DNA of 64,000 bases from contig CM030336.1 of NCBI GenBank assembly GCA_017654855.1, forward strand, positions 3,596,001-3,660,000. Reading direction: 5' to 3'. Under the pieces are notes generated by a model that was not told the origin of the DNA, searched no databases, and worked only from the letters and a program-made list of their open reading frames with translations. Positions 48,331 through 60,461 of this stretch are shown here, piece after piece (the first letter of the stretch is position 1; each line of letters opens with the position of its first letter). The DNA is from Podospora anserina (Eukaryota). The translations under genes were made by a program, and so were the position numbers.

Positions 48331-49315
48331 TATACAATGGGGGTTCTGTGCCAATAGTTGTTGTTGAGAGACAAGGATTGTCAAGGGAGGCCTAAAATGA
48401 AGTTACAAGGCTTGACGCGTCCACAATGATGTTTGAAGCGTTGGACAGTCCATGATCAAGAAGAGTAAGTGGTGGAGGTTTGCAGGGACACCAAATGTCT
48501 ATTGTGTTGGTCTGTGCAAAGGCCTCCCAGAGAAAGTGGCGTGGGAAACTCAATAGGAAGGAAGCAGGAGCGATTGCAAGAGCACTTCTTCAGCCAGTTC
48601 AGAAACTCACGAGACGGACCTTTGTTGAGGTTGCTCTCGTGTGCGTGTGCGTACAGTCAAATGTTCTATCTAAAAGAGGCATGTCTCTGGCATCATGGTC
48701 CCCAGTGGCCGATATAGAGCGACCACCGGAGTGTAAATGCAGAAAGTGTCAATCTATCCCCCGCTTTCCCCTCCAGACCGTCATGGTGTAAGACTTTTAC
48801 CGGAGTGAATACGAAGGAAAAATGAAGTTTTATGTTGTTGAAGAAGAAAAAGAGAAAACCTTCAAATTTGGGACGAGCAGAAAGACTTTTAAAGGCAACT
48901 TTGTCGTCGAGAGTGGGGCCACAACCCATCCAATCAGAGAGCGTCGGCCCCTGAGAGAGCACGAGCCACATCAGGCACCAGCCACACAGAGCCAACTGAA
49001 TTGCACAGCCCGGGCCGGTGGGAAGCCATACCTAACCATCAAGCCCCACAGCGGGGTTCCAAACCGTTTGTGGTTTATCCTTTTCCTCAGTTGCTATTGT
49101 TCCTGGCATTGCTGTAAAGTAAATATTATCTGGCCCAGATAAGAAAAGATTCTCTTGGTTCTTAGACTCTTCAGTTCAAAAACCACCTCTCTCACTCTCG
49201 CAGCCTACGCCCAAGACCAGCAAAACCACAGCGCCTTAACAAAAGCGCCCAACTTTGCGATACCCCGCCATCAAACATTTAGATCTACCCATCACCACGA
49301 CCCCCATCAGTCAAA

Positions 49316-50218
49316 ATGGCAGGCGGCAGCGGCGCAGCTAGCTCTCGCGGCAGAGGAAAGTTCAGAAAGTTCACCCGCGGTGGTATGTCCCTTCCCTTTC
49401 TCCCTCCCCCTTCCACCCCCATAACTAACCCCCAATCCAGGCGGCAAACACTTCTCCAAGAACCTCCGCCCCCTCGACGCTGACGGCAACGAAATGGGCA
49501 TGTGGGGCGACGCCCCAGCCAAAGACGAAGAAGAAGAAGACTCCGACTCTGAGGATGACTCCTCGGAGGAGGAATCCGAAGACGACAACGACGCCGTCAA
49601 AATCCCCACGGCGGCGGCGGAGGAGCTAAGCCGCGAGGAGCGCAAGAAGCAAAAGAAGGCCGCCAAGGAAGCCGCCATCAAGGCGAAGAAGGGACCTGTC
49701 CAAGTGGGGGATATGCCGTCAGACTCTGACGAAGAGGAGAGCGAGGAGGAGGAGGCCAGCAAAATGCCTGCCAACCCGAACCACTCCCGTGCTGCTCGCA
49801 ACCAGACCAAGGTCCCCAAGAAGAGCGCGGATGATGACGAGGAACTCGCGGCCGGGACGAAGAAGCTGGCTGTTTCGGCGCCGAATAAGAAGGAGAGGGA
49901 GGCGATTGCTGCGCAGGAGGCCAAGGAGAGATATATGAAGCTTCATGAGCAGGGCAAGACGGATCAGGCAAAGGCGGATTTGGCGAGATTGAGGGAGATT
50001 AGGGCGAAGAGAGAGGAGGAGGCGGCGAGGAGATTGGTAAGTTGATCGTATTGTCAGATGAGGTTCTACCTGGAGAAGGTGACTAATATTTCAACCAGGC
50101 TGAGAAGCAAGAGCAAGACGAGGCCAACCGTCTCAAGAAGGCCGAGATCGAGGCCAAGGAGGCCAAGAAGCGCGAGGCGGCTCTTGGTCCCGTGGCGAAG
50201 AAGAAGGGCAAGAAATGA
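49316..50218 (+). CDS. PDAP1/PP28 (28-kDa heat- and acid-stable phosphoprotein) family; introns 49383-49440, 50037-50098
   Basis: [19 protein letters not shown], acidic tract, [42 protein letters not shown]. Confidence 0.88.
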
Positions 50219-50528
50219 GCAGACGACGACACTAGGCGTTGTTTTTGATGGACGATTCAGGCCGGCTTTTTTCGGGTTCTCTTATTACATTGTCTCTTAT
50301 TACATGCGCTTTTGGTATCCTCCTCCCCCTTTGCTCGTTACATATATTTATCTTGGATTAACACCATGCCCATATGTGACCACCGTATATACCTCTATCC
50401 GCCCTTCTAAATGCTATCTATCACACCTGGACCATGTCGTACACACGCATACCCATTAAGCACCATATTCAACCAAACTGATCAACACATACCACCAACC
50501 CTTTCAAACATACAACTTAACGCAACAA

Positions 50529-51599
50529 TCAAGGCATACCAGCCAACCCCTCCGTCCCCACGGCCTCCTTCCAAAACTCATCAAAATCCACCCCCTTCTC
50601 CTTGAACATATCCCTAATCTTCTGCGCCACCTCCACCTGCCTCTCCTCCGTAAAACCCCCCGGCCTCCCCGTCTCAAACTGCACAACCTCGATCCACCTA
50701 AAGAACAAATCCTCCTGCCCAATCGCCGTGAGCGCATCCCTAAACTTGAACACCTGCTTCCTTCTCTCATCCTCCTTCGTCCCCGGCTTAGCCCCCGTGT
50801 CAGAGAGATCAATGCTCAACCACCCGAAATTCTCATGGTACACCAGCACCAACGTCCCAAAGACACGTTCGTCAATAACCTTCTTGTCGGCCAGCTCCGT
50901 GGCGGCGACCATACCCGCCCAGTCCAAATCCCAATCCGCGTCCATAGTCAGGTACCCAGTCTTTTGCTGCAGGAGCATAGGGGACGTGGCGGAACGGATG
51001 TGGTTCCAAAACACCTTGCGGAGGTCGTCGTTGGCGAGGAGGTCTTTACCTTTACCTAGGATTTCGACATCCCACTTGCGGGAGCGGCGGAGGTAGATTT
51101 CTGAGGGGCGAAACCCGACTTTGTAGCGCCAGTGGCAGGGGGAGCCGGTGAGGGGGGAGCCGATGAGGAATTCGTAGGGCCAGGGCCAGACGAAGATTGC
51201 GAGGGTGAAGTCGAGGAGGAAGGTGGAGGCGCGGCGGAGGAGGACCCAAAGGTATTGGGAGGTGGTGAGGTCGGTGAAGCGGAGGGTGGTGGGGTTTTCT
51301 TGGCCGGAGAGGGAGAGGAGGAGTTGGAGGTACCAGGGAAAGATGTGGCGGAGCCGGAGGATGAAGAGAGCGAGGACGAGGAGATTCATGGCTACGGGGA
51401 CGAGGAAGATTTTGCGCTTGAAGGGGGAGGGGCGGGGGTCGAGGTGGGAGATGTAGATGTGGGAGGGGTCGAGGGTTTCTGTTAGGGGGTTGAGGGAGGG
51501 GGGGGCCACCTGGAAGGGTTTGGGGGGGGTGTCTGGGGAGGGGGAGGTGGATTTGGGGGTGAGGCGGGCTTTGCCTTTAGATGTTTTGGTGGGCGCCAT
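50529..51599 (-). CDS. Hypothetical membrane protein
   Basis: Long ORF with host-like codon usage and two hydrophobic segments (IFLVPVAMNLLVLALFIL; FLLDFTLAIFVWPWP). Confidence 0.8.
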   Translation of the reverse strand: MAPTKTSKGKARLTPKSTSPSPDTPPKPFQVAPPSLNPLTETLDPSHIYISHLDPRPSPFKRKIFLVPVAMNLLVLALFILRLRHIFPWYLQLLLSLSGQENPTTLRFTDLTTSQYLWVLLRRASTFLLDFTLAIFVWPWPYEFLIGSPLTGSPCHWRYKVGFRPSEIYLRRSRKWDVEILGKGKDLLANDDLRKVFWNHIRSATSPMLLQQKTGYLTMDADWDLDWAGMVAATELADKKVIDERVFGTLVLVYHENFGWLSIDLSDTGAKPGTKEDERRKQVFKFRDALTAIGQEDLFFRWIEVVQFETGRPGGFTEERQVEVAQKIRDMFKEKGVDFDEFWKEAVGTEGLAGMP

Positions 51600-52018
51600 G
51601 ATGGGCGGGGGTGAGAGGTATTGCAAATCGATATGTAAAGAGAAGTGAAATATGAGAAAGGGGAAAGAAAACAGTGATGAAATTTGGTGGTGGTGATGAG
51701 GAAAAGTGAGAGACTGATGGTTGGTGAGTTGTTCACGGTCTCTCTGCAAATGAGATGAGGTTTGGCTATTCAGGGGATAACCCTAACCCTTTTGAGCGTT
51801 ACATCGGGGCCCCGGTTTTTGGAAAGCGCCCGCTAAATCCCGGTGGACGGATTACGGATCCCTGTCTCTCGGCTGGGAAAGCTTGAGCCTTGGCTGAATT
51901 TTTGAAAGTCCAAGAATTCCATGGATGCTGGGGAGAGAGAGAGAGATAACGCGCCAACATCGCAACCCCTCCTCTCGTTTCCAGTCCGAAGCGCAATGCT
52001 CCAACAGTTTTCTACATC

Positions 52019-55000
52019 ATGAGGGGTGGTCTATGGCAGGTGAGTTTTTCCAATTTCCACGCGCCATTCTCCAGTTCTCCATATCATAATGGCCGGTTAA
52101 CCCCTCCACCACCACAGAAGCAGAGGCGTCCATCCGCCTGCTTGCTCTGCAGTTACAGCTACAGCTACAACTTCCGACACAGCCTCCGGTCGGGCGCTTC
52201 CGCGAGAACCTACTCAGCACTCGTTAGCAATGGCCTAACCGAACCGACGACCTTGTCGATTTCGAGAAGACCAACAACTTCGAGCCAGGTCCGACTCTCG
52301 AACAACACCCGCAACAATGGTTTCATGCCAGCCTGGGCAAAGGTGCCCCCTCCGAAATTAGAGCCCCGAGCACCGAAACCTCCTCCACCACCGCCTCCTC
52401 CTCCTCCTCCCCCCCCTCCTCCGCCGCCAAAGGCTTCTACTCCTCCTCCACCACCACCCCCTCCCCCTCCCCCTCGTCAATGGCAGCCCTCCCCAGCACG
52501 GGACCAAAAATCAGAACGAAGCAGCACCCCCTTCCAGTTCAGCCGCCACAAGAACTACAACCCCGCCGACAAACCTTTCTTCAACCCATCCGACAGACCT
52601 ACCTTCAACCCATCCGACAGACCTACCTTCAACCCTCCCCCATCTTCACAATCAACACCGTCAAACCCCTTCCCCGAATGGGCCAACCTGACAAGAAGGC
52701 GAAGCAACAATGACACCGGCACTGTCAAAGGTTTTGACTTTTCCCGACCAGCAAGATCAATGCCGTTTGATAAGCCGGTTCCTCCTCCGTCGTCAGAGTA
52801 TCAGCAGACGCATCGAAGACGGTTGACGGCTTCGCAATTGGGGGGTGGGGAGCAGAGCCCCGCGCAACAACCGCACAGCAATAGTCCGAGCGATGAGTGG
52901 GCTAAGCTTGTGGCTGCGAATAAGGAGGAGTCGAGGCAGCCAAAGAAGATTATGCCTACGGCCGAGGACAAGGCTGCTTGGGCTTGGGCTGATGAGACGG
53001 GTCAGCGGCCGCAGGTGAGGAGGGTGGAGAGTCAAGAGCAGGGGGAAGGGGGGAGGTATGTACATCCGGAGGATAGGGTTGCTGCTTCGTTGCGTGGGAC
53101 GTGGGGGATGCAAGCGGCGGGGACGGTTGTTCAGGTGGTTGGTGAGGAGGGGGAGACTGTCGGGAGGAGGGAAGGTGGTCGTGGGAGGGAGAGGGAGGTG
53201 GTGGTGGAGAAGTCGAAAAGGTCAAAGGGTGGAAGGAGGAGGAATGACGATGAGGATGAGGAGTTTGATGTTGACTATGCCGAGGAAAGGCGCCGACGCA
53301 AGGCGGAGAGGAAGGCTGAAAAGGAAAGACAGAGGTTGGCCGAGTTGGATGGGCCGACGCCGATTTTGCTGCCCGAGTTCATCAGCGTTTCCAACCTTGC
53401 CAGTGCGCTGGGGGTGAAGGCTAGGGATTTTGTGAGGCAGCTGGAGGAGCTGGGCTTTGAGGAGGTCAGTCAGGAGAGTATCTTGACCGGTGAGACGGCT
53501 GCGCTGGTGGCGCAGGAGTATGGGTTTGAGCCGACGGTGGAGACGGGAGAGACGGAGGATTTGAGGCCGAGACCGCCGCCGGAGGACCCCTCTTCTTTGC
53601 CGTTGCGACCGCCGGTGGTGACGATTATGGGGCATGTTGATCATGGGAAGACGACGTTGCTGGATTATCTGAGGAAGTCGTCGATTGTGAGTCAGGAGCA
53701 TGGCGGGATTACACAGCACATTGGTGCGTTTTCGGTAAAGATGAGTTCAGGGAAGCAGATTACTTTCTTGGATACACCGGGCCACGCGGCGTTCTTGTCG
53801 ATGAGGCAGCGGGGAGCTACGGTGACGGATATGGTTATTTTGGTGGTGGCTGCGGACGATAGTGTGAAGCCTCAGACTATTGAGGCTATCAAGCACGCGC
53901 GCGGGGCTAACGTTCCTATTATTGTTGCCATCAACAAGATGGACAAGCCCGAGGCGAACCCCGACCGTGTCAAGGCTGATCTTGGCGCTCAGGGGGTGGA
54001 GTTGGAGGACTTTGGCGGTGATGTTCAGGTTGTCGAGGTCAGTGGCAAGACTGGCTTGGGTATGGACGACCTCGAGGAGAATATTCTGTTGCTTGCCGAG
54101 ATGCTCGACATCCGCGCGGAACAAGATGGCATGGCAGAGGGCTGGGTGTTGGAGTCCTCCATCAAGCCCATCGGTCGTGTGGCCACTGTTCTGGTCAAGA
54201 GGGGTACCCTCCGCCCAGGTGATTTTATCGTCGCCGGAAGAGTCTCCACCAAGATCCGTCTGCTGAGAAACGAAGCGGGTGTTGAAATCCCAGAGGCTCC
54301 TCCCGGAACAGCAGTCGAGATCTTGGGGTGGAGGGAACCACCCGCGGCGGGTGATCAAGTCCTCCAGGCACCAGACGAAGACACAGCCAAGGTCGCCGTC
54401 CGGTACCGTCAGGAACAGAAGGAGCGCGAAGAGGCGATTGAGCAGATGGCGGAAATGGAAAAGGAGCGCAAGGAGAAGGAAGCTGCCGAACGGGCTGCCA
54501 ACGGGGAGGAAATTCCTGAAGATGATGAAGCCACCGGCACAAAGTACCTCACTTACCTCATCAAAGGCGACGTCCACGGCTCTGTCGAGGCCGTAACGGC
54601 ATCCATCCTCGAGCAAGGGAATAATGAAGTCCGCCCCAGGATCTTGAAATCGTCGACCGGGCAAATCAACGAGAGCGATGTCGAGCACGCGCAGGTTTCT
54701 GGCGGGGCGATTATCAACTTTAATAACCCCATCGCGGGACATATCAAGGCCATGGCTGACGCGGCGGGGGTGCCGATCCTGGATCATAATGTTATTTATC
54801 ATTTGGTCGAGGATGTCAGGGGACGGTTGTCGGAGCTGTTGGCGCCGACGGTGAGCTTTAGGGTGCTGGCTGAGGCGGAGGTGCTGAAGGTGTTTGCGAT
54901 TAATACCAAGGGGAGGAGGTATCATAATGTGGCGGGGTGCAGGGTGAGGAATGGGGTCGTGAATACCGGGGGGAGGTGTAAGGTGCTGAGGGGGGAGGAG

Positions 55001-55240
55001 GTGGTTTACGAGGGTGAGTTTACTCTACTTCTGCTGCTGCTAATGATGATGATGATGATGATGGGGGTGCTAATGCTGTGACAAATAGGGACGATCGATG
55101 AACTCAAGCATGGCAAGAAGGAGGTGACCGAGATCAAAAAGGGTGGTGAGTGTGGTATCATGTTCGAGGGGTGGGATGAGTTTCAAGAGGGCGATCGTAT
55201 CCAGATGGTGGAGGAGATTAGGGAGAAGAGGAAGTTGTAA
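52019..55240 (+). CDS. IFM1: Mitochondrial translation initiation factor IF-2; probable intron 52040-52117 and intron 55014-55088
   Basis: [64 protein letters not shown], last exon [14 protein letters not shown]. Confidence 0.95.
52555..52636 (+). repeat. In-frame 24-bp tandem repeat (FNPSDRPT-like) after a poly-Pro tract in the IF2 N-terminus
   Basis: TTCAACCCATCCGACAGACCTACC x2, flanked by a degenerate unit upstream and a partial unit downstream. Confidence 0.8.
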
Positions 55241-55459
55241 GATGATTAAGCATATAAATGGGATTGGGGAGCATTTAGATGGGGTGTTTATAGAGACCGA
55301 GGCAAAATCACGTTGCATCTCATCTTCATGGTCATGAGAGCATGGTTTTTTGGTAGGCAACAAAAAATGCCCAACCTTGGAGGCTCAATGCGTGTAAATA
55401 TCTATGTATAAAATATCTGTACATTCCATCATAAGCAGGGATAAGCTCTTCCTTTTACA

Positions 55460-56710
55460 TTACCACCTATTTGGAGCATTTGCTCCTCCTGACGAGAATG
55501 TCCGGCTTGTTGTCTGGACCCTGGCACGCTCCTTCTCCAGTTTTGACAACCCAATGCGATCTGTCATGGGTGTGGCATCGATAATGTCGTCAAAGTCGTC
55601 GTTATCCGACCCATTGTCCGAATCTGGTTCTGCATCTGAGTCTGGCTTCATGTTTTGCGAATGTGGTGTTGGCCTAGAGATCACTTCTGGTTTCTTCTCA
55701 AGTGTGTCCTCCTTCTCGGTGAACGGTTTCGAAGCCAGAATCTTCCTCCGAATAGCCTCCATCTCGGCGTCGTCATCGCTGTCGTCTGATATCGCAAACG
55801 GGTCCTTCTCTTCCTCCTCCGGTATTGGTTGAGATTGCTTTTGTTTCCCTTTTTGTGGTGGCGGATTGCTTCCAAGGTATATCCCATCAACCTCATCCTC
55901 TTCCTCCTCTTCATCATCATCATCATCATCATCCTCGTCGTCCTCCTCTTCCTCATCCGAATCGTCCGAGTCTATTGGGGCTCGTCTGTTGACATTGCCC
56001 CCCGCCCAGATATCATCCCCCTCGGCCTCCTCCCTATTCTCAGCATACTCCCTGTCCAACCTCTCCATCCACTCCTCCTGCGCCCTCTTGACCCCCGCCT
56101 CATCCTCACAGGCAGCGTACTTCTTGAGCAACTTCTCATTGATCTCCAAAAACGCCTTGCCATACGAGAAAGGAGCGAGGATCTCCTCGGCCCATTCCAA
56201 ATGTCCGCAAATCGCAAAAGCGGCCGCGAGAGCCTCGACGCAGTTTAACCTCCAGGGCTTCCCGTAGTTGACTGTGTTGGCGGCGACGAGGTAGGGGAGG
56301 AGACGCTCGTGTTTGCCGCCGACTTTGTTCCATTGGACCTCTTGGGTGCGCGCCCAGGAGCACTCGACCACGGCGGCGCCGTTGGCTTCCAGGATGGGGC
56401 GGTCGGCGGGGGAGACTGTCTGTTTGCCGTTGGGGGTGATGATGACGCCGGCGTGGCGCTGGCCGAGGTGGAGGTCGCGCATGAGGCCGAGCTTCATGAG
56501 TTTCTTGCCGGAGCAGCGTTTGGGGTCGCAGTGGCCTAGGTCCCAGCAGGCGGCTTTGAAGGCCGGGCGGGAGCGGGTGGTGGTGGAGGAGGAGGGGAGG
56601 GTAGGGTCATCGTTGTTGGGGTTGGATTCGGGGCGGTTGGAGTGGCGGGGGGGGCCGCGGTGAGGTTTCTTGCCGCCGCGGGAGAAGTTGTCTTTTTTGT
56701 GGCGGACCAT
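55460..56710 (-). CDS. TSR3: 18S rRNA aminocarboxypropyltransferase Tsr3
   Basis: WDLGHCDPKRCSGKKL, VVECSWA, RLLPYLVAANTVNYGKPWRLNCVEALAA; acidic tail. Confidence 0.96.
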   Translation of the reverse strand: MVRHKKDNFSRGGKKPHRGPPRHSNRPESNPNNDDPTLPSSSTTTRSRPAFKAACWDLGHCDPKRCSGKKLMKLGLMRDLHLGQRHAGVIITPNGKQTVSPADRPILEANGAAVVECSWARTQEVQWNKVGGKHERLLPYLVAANTVNYGKPWRLNCVEALAAAFAICGHLEWAEEILAPFSYGKAFLEINEKLLKKYAACEDEAGVKRAQEEWMERLDREYAENREEAEGDDIWAGGNVNRRAPIDSDDSDEEEEDDEDDDDDDDEEEEEDEVDGIYLGSNPPPQKGKQKQSQPIPEEEEKDPFAISDDSDDDAEMEAIRRKILASKPFTEKEDTLEKKPEVISRPTPHSQNMKPDSDAEPDSDNGSDNDDFDDIIDATPMTDRIGLSKLEKERARVQTTSRTFSSGGANAPNRW

Positions 56711-57228
56711 GGTGATAGCTAGAGGGGGCTGTGTTTTTGTGAAAGGAGGTGAGGGCGGTGAGGGTGGTGAGGGTGGTGAGGGTGGTGATGATATCAGGAA
56801 GCTGAAAAATGTCAGAATAATAATTTATGGTGGGGTGGGAAACGTCACCCCCACTATTACCAGCTGAGGCTTACCCCGCTTATGCAACGTTCCGGGAGCT
56901 TTCACAGGGGTCCTGGATCTACGTACCCCCTGGGATTTATTCGAGAAACGGGTCGTTCGGGCTTCTTGCATGCTGCCACCTGCTTGTTTGCTGCCACCGA
57001 CAGTTGCAGTCCAAGCTTCCTATCTCAACCCCATCCCAAATTCACGTTGCTGCCTGTCTACTGGGGCTTTAATACTGGCGCTGTAGACGACTTTGTACTC
57101 ATAGCACTACTTGCTTGATATTCCAGCTTCACAAGCTGTCCTTATCCCCCCCGACACAGACACCACTGACGAGCCGAGCTCCCATCCCCGTCGAACCGCC
57201 CCCAGAAAGAACAACACCACCATTAACA

Positions 57229-59315
57229 ATGGAGGCGGCCTCGGCGCGATACGCGGCAAGGGACCGTTGGGGAGACCCGGGTCACCCGGCGCCGTCACAG
57301 CTTCTACGATACATTGCTTCGGCCTGCAGTCCCGAGAACTACGAACCCAACCTCGCGCTCAATCTCGAGATCAGCGACCTCATCAACGCCAAGAAGGGCT
57401 CAGCCCCGCGCGAGGCGGCCGTGGCCATTGTCAACTACATCAACCACCGCAACCCCAACATTGCCATGCTGGCTCTGAACCTGTTGGATATATGCGTCAA
57501 GAACTGCGGCTACCCTTTCCACTTGCAAATCAGCACCAAGGAGTTCCTGAACGAGCTGGTCCGCCGCTTCCCCGAACGCCCGCCTATCCGCCCGACCCGT
57601 GTCCAGCTCAAGATCCTCGAGCTGATAGAAGAATGGCGCGGTACGATTTGCGAGACGAGCAGGTACAGGGAGGACTTGGGGTTCATTAGGGATATGCACC
57701 GGTTATTGAGTTATAAGGGGTATACGTTCCCGGAGGTCAGGAGGGAGGATGCGGCCGTGTTGAATCCTAGCGATGTAGGTTCTTGCCGGGCCTGTCTGTG
57801 AGCTATGGGCTGCGATGCTAACCGAATAGAATTTGAAATCGGCAGAAGAGATGGAAAAGGAGGAGAGGGAAGCCCAGTCGGCCAAGCTACAAGAGCTCAT
57901 TCGCAGGGGCACCCCTGAGGACCTTCGCGAGGCCAACCAACTGATGAAGATTATGACGGGTTACGATACAAGATCGAAGGTCGACTACCGCGCCAAAGCG
58001 GCGGAGGAGGTGGCCAAAATTCAGCAGAAGGCGAGGTTGTTGGAGGAGAGGTTAGCGCAGTTTAAGCCTGGTGATAAGATGGCGGACGGTGATGTGTTCT
58101 CGGAGCTCGCCTCAGCCCTGTCCAGCGCCCAACCAAAGATCCAGAAGATGTGTGAGGAAGAGTCGGAAGACCACGAAGCTGTTGCGAAGCTGCTGGAAAT
58201 TAACGATGCCATTCACCGGACTTTCCAGAGATACAGGCTGCTGAAGAAGGGAGACTTTGAGGGTGCTGCCAAGTTGGCCGACCCCAATTTCACCCCATCT
58301 GCGAGTGCTGGTGGGAAGGGCGCAGCCGGCGAGCTGTCTTTGATTGACTTTGACGACGCTGCGGCAGACACAAACGGTTCTGGCAGTCAAGGGGCATCTC
58401 AAGCTTCCGGATCTGGTCTTGAAAATGACCTCCTAGGCCTGTCCTTAGGGGAAACGAGCAGCTACGGCCAAACGGGCGGTATTGCTTTGGGTTTTGGTGC
58501 CAATACTAGTATGCTTTCTTTCCTCCTCACCAACGTTGGACTATGGCTAACAGTCCCAGATATCCCTGGCCCGGCTCTTTTGTCTTCGGTTACACAAAAC
58601 AACAGCGCTGGAGGGAACTACAGCGCATCAACATCAACCTCACCAGCACCGCCCCCTGGCTTCTCAAACTTTTCCGCCTTCAGCTCGGCGCCCTCGTCCA
58701 AGACGGCCACCCCAAAGCCTGTCAGGTCGGCGTTCTCACCGCCCGCCTCCAAACCAGTTTCCAACGATCCCTTTGCCCAACTGGCCTCTCTTGGCTCCAA
58801 GCCAGCGACACCCACGCCAGCGGCACCCCAAAACAACGACGATGACGAGTGGAGTTTCTCCTCGGCCCTCCCACCAGAAGCTCCCGCCCAGCCCAGGGAG
58901 CACACGGCCGTCATCAACAACACCAATCTCAAGATTGACTTCAAGGCCTTCCGAGCGGCCGAGGGACAACCACCGGTGGATTTGCTCATGCTGTTCAGCA
59001 ACAACACTCCCTTCCCAGTAACGGAACTGCACTTTCAACTAGCGGTGACCAAGGTATGTTTTTGCCGTTACTATTGTGTAGAATAGCTCTTGCTGACTTT
59101 TTCGACAGGGCTACGAGTTACAACTCACGCCACAGTCCGGCCGTAATCTCTTGCCAAAACAAATCAACGGGGTCAAACAGGAGGTCAAGGTGTGGCGCTC
59201 GGGGGACAAGTCGCAGAAGGTGGAAAAGATCAAGCTGCGGTGGAGGGTGAGCTACAAGCTGAATGGGGAGGTGAAGAATGAGATGGGGGAGGTGCCGGAG
59301 TTTAGTATTCCGTAG
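57229..59315 (+). CDS. GGA2: GGA clathrin adaptor (VHS-GAT-GAE); introns 57775-57829, 58509-58559, 59054-59108
   Basis: VHS LLDICVKNCGYPFHLQISTKEFLNELVRRFP; GAT AQSAKLQELIRRGTPEDLREAN; clathrin box SLIDFD; GAE FQLAVTKGYELQLTPQSGR..KLRWRVSY. Confidence 0.94.
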
Positions 59316-60184
59316 ACGGTTCCAGCGGTGGTGGAAAGTGAGGGTCTGGCGCGTCGTGGTCTGTGTTGTAATATCCGGGATTGAGCCAGGAACGGAACAT
59401 GATGCATGTTGATATTTGAAGCGGAGAGCGCGGAGGCTGAAAAAGCGATTACAATTGGTGTTTTCGAGACCTGCGGGTGTTGGAATTACAAGACGTCTCT
59501 TTTGTTTTCTTCTCTTGTTGCCAGATGGACCTGCCCCTATTTATACTACCTTACTGCAGTGACTGCAACGGTAGGGCAGTGTGAGCGGTGCTGTAATGGC
59601 ATGGTCTCAGGGGCGGGCTCCTTCCTCATTTTTACTCAATGGCACCTGAGCACCATCCTCGTCATTCGAGCATGACCTCTTCATACTTGGTCGGAAGCCT
59701 TGCTGTTATCCCGCAAGACAAGGCTGAATCATCTCAACTCGAATATATTAACTGGACACCACATAATAATCACGAAAGCGCAGCCCGCCGAGATGCTTTG
59801 ATACTTGCTGGACCCTCCTCACCGCCCTCTTCCCCTCCGCACGGCTTTTGCTGGCCCATGGAAGAGGGCGGGGGAGAAGGGGGCCGTTTTGCGCAGAGCG
59901 GTGTGCGGGGCATGGCTTGGGCTGAAGCACAGGGTGATGGGAAGATTGAGGAGAGGGGAATAATGGAAAGGGGGGATAGGTGGATGGTGATGGTGATGTT
60001 GTATATGATTTAGACGACAGGGGGGGGGTATCCTGACATCTTGGAAGTGGTTACCTCGGTTTTGAGAACAAATAATAGGAAAAACACTCATCATTACTTG
60101 CATTGTAACTGCCCCAACAACCCCCTCAATAAAACGAGAGAGCCATCGAATCCAACGGCAAATACCTAACTAAATACCCTTTCT

Positions 60185-60229
60185 CCATCCCCATCCCCAT
60201 CCCCATCCCCATCCCCATCCACATCCACA
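60185..60229. repeat. (CCCCAT)n microsatellite; (TA)n and poly-C nearby
   Basis: ccatccccatccccatccccatccccatccccatcc. Confidence 0.9.
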
Positions 60230-60461
60230 TGTACAAATTATACACATCCCATTAAAACACATTAAACCCCCCCCCCCCCACGCTGTTCATATCTTCATCC
60301 CTTAACCCTTTTCTATATATATATATATAAATATATATACCCATCTCATCCATCCATTTCCCTCTGCAGCATTAGCCAACCATCATCATTATTACACCCC
60401 CACCACGGTCTACCCCATTCTATCATCCCATCGTCTATATAATAGCACGTCCCCATCCCCC

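Noticed and set aside
55014-55088. Poly-Leu/poly-Met C-terminus of the IF2 ORF
   Set aside because: This is translation of an intron containing (CTG)n/(GAT)n microsatellites; the true last exon follows at 55089.
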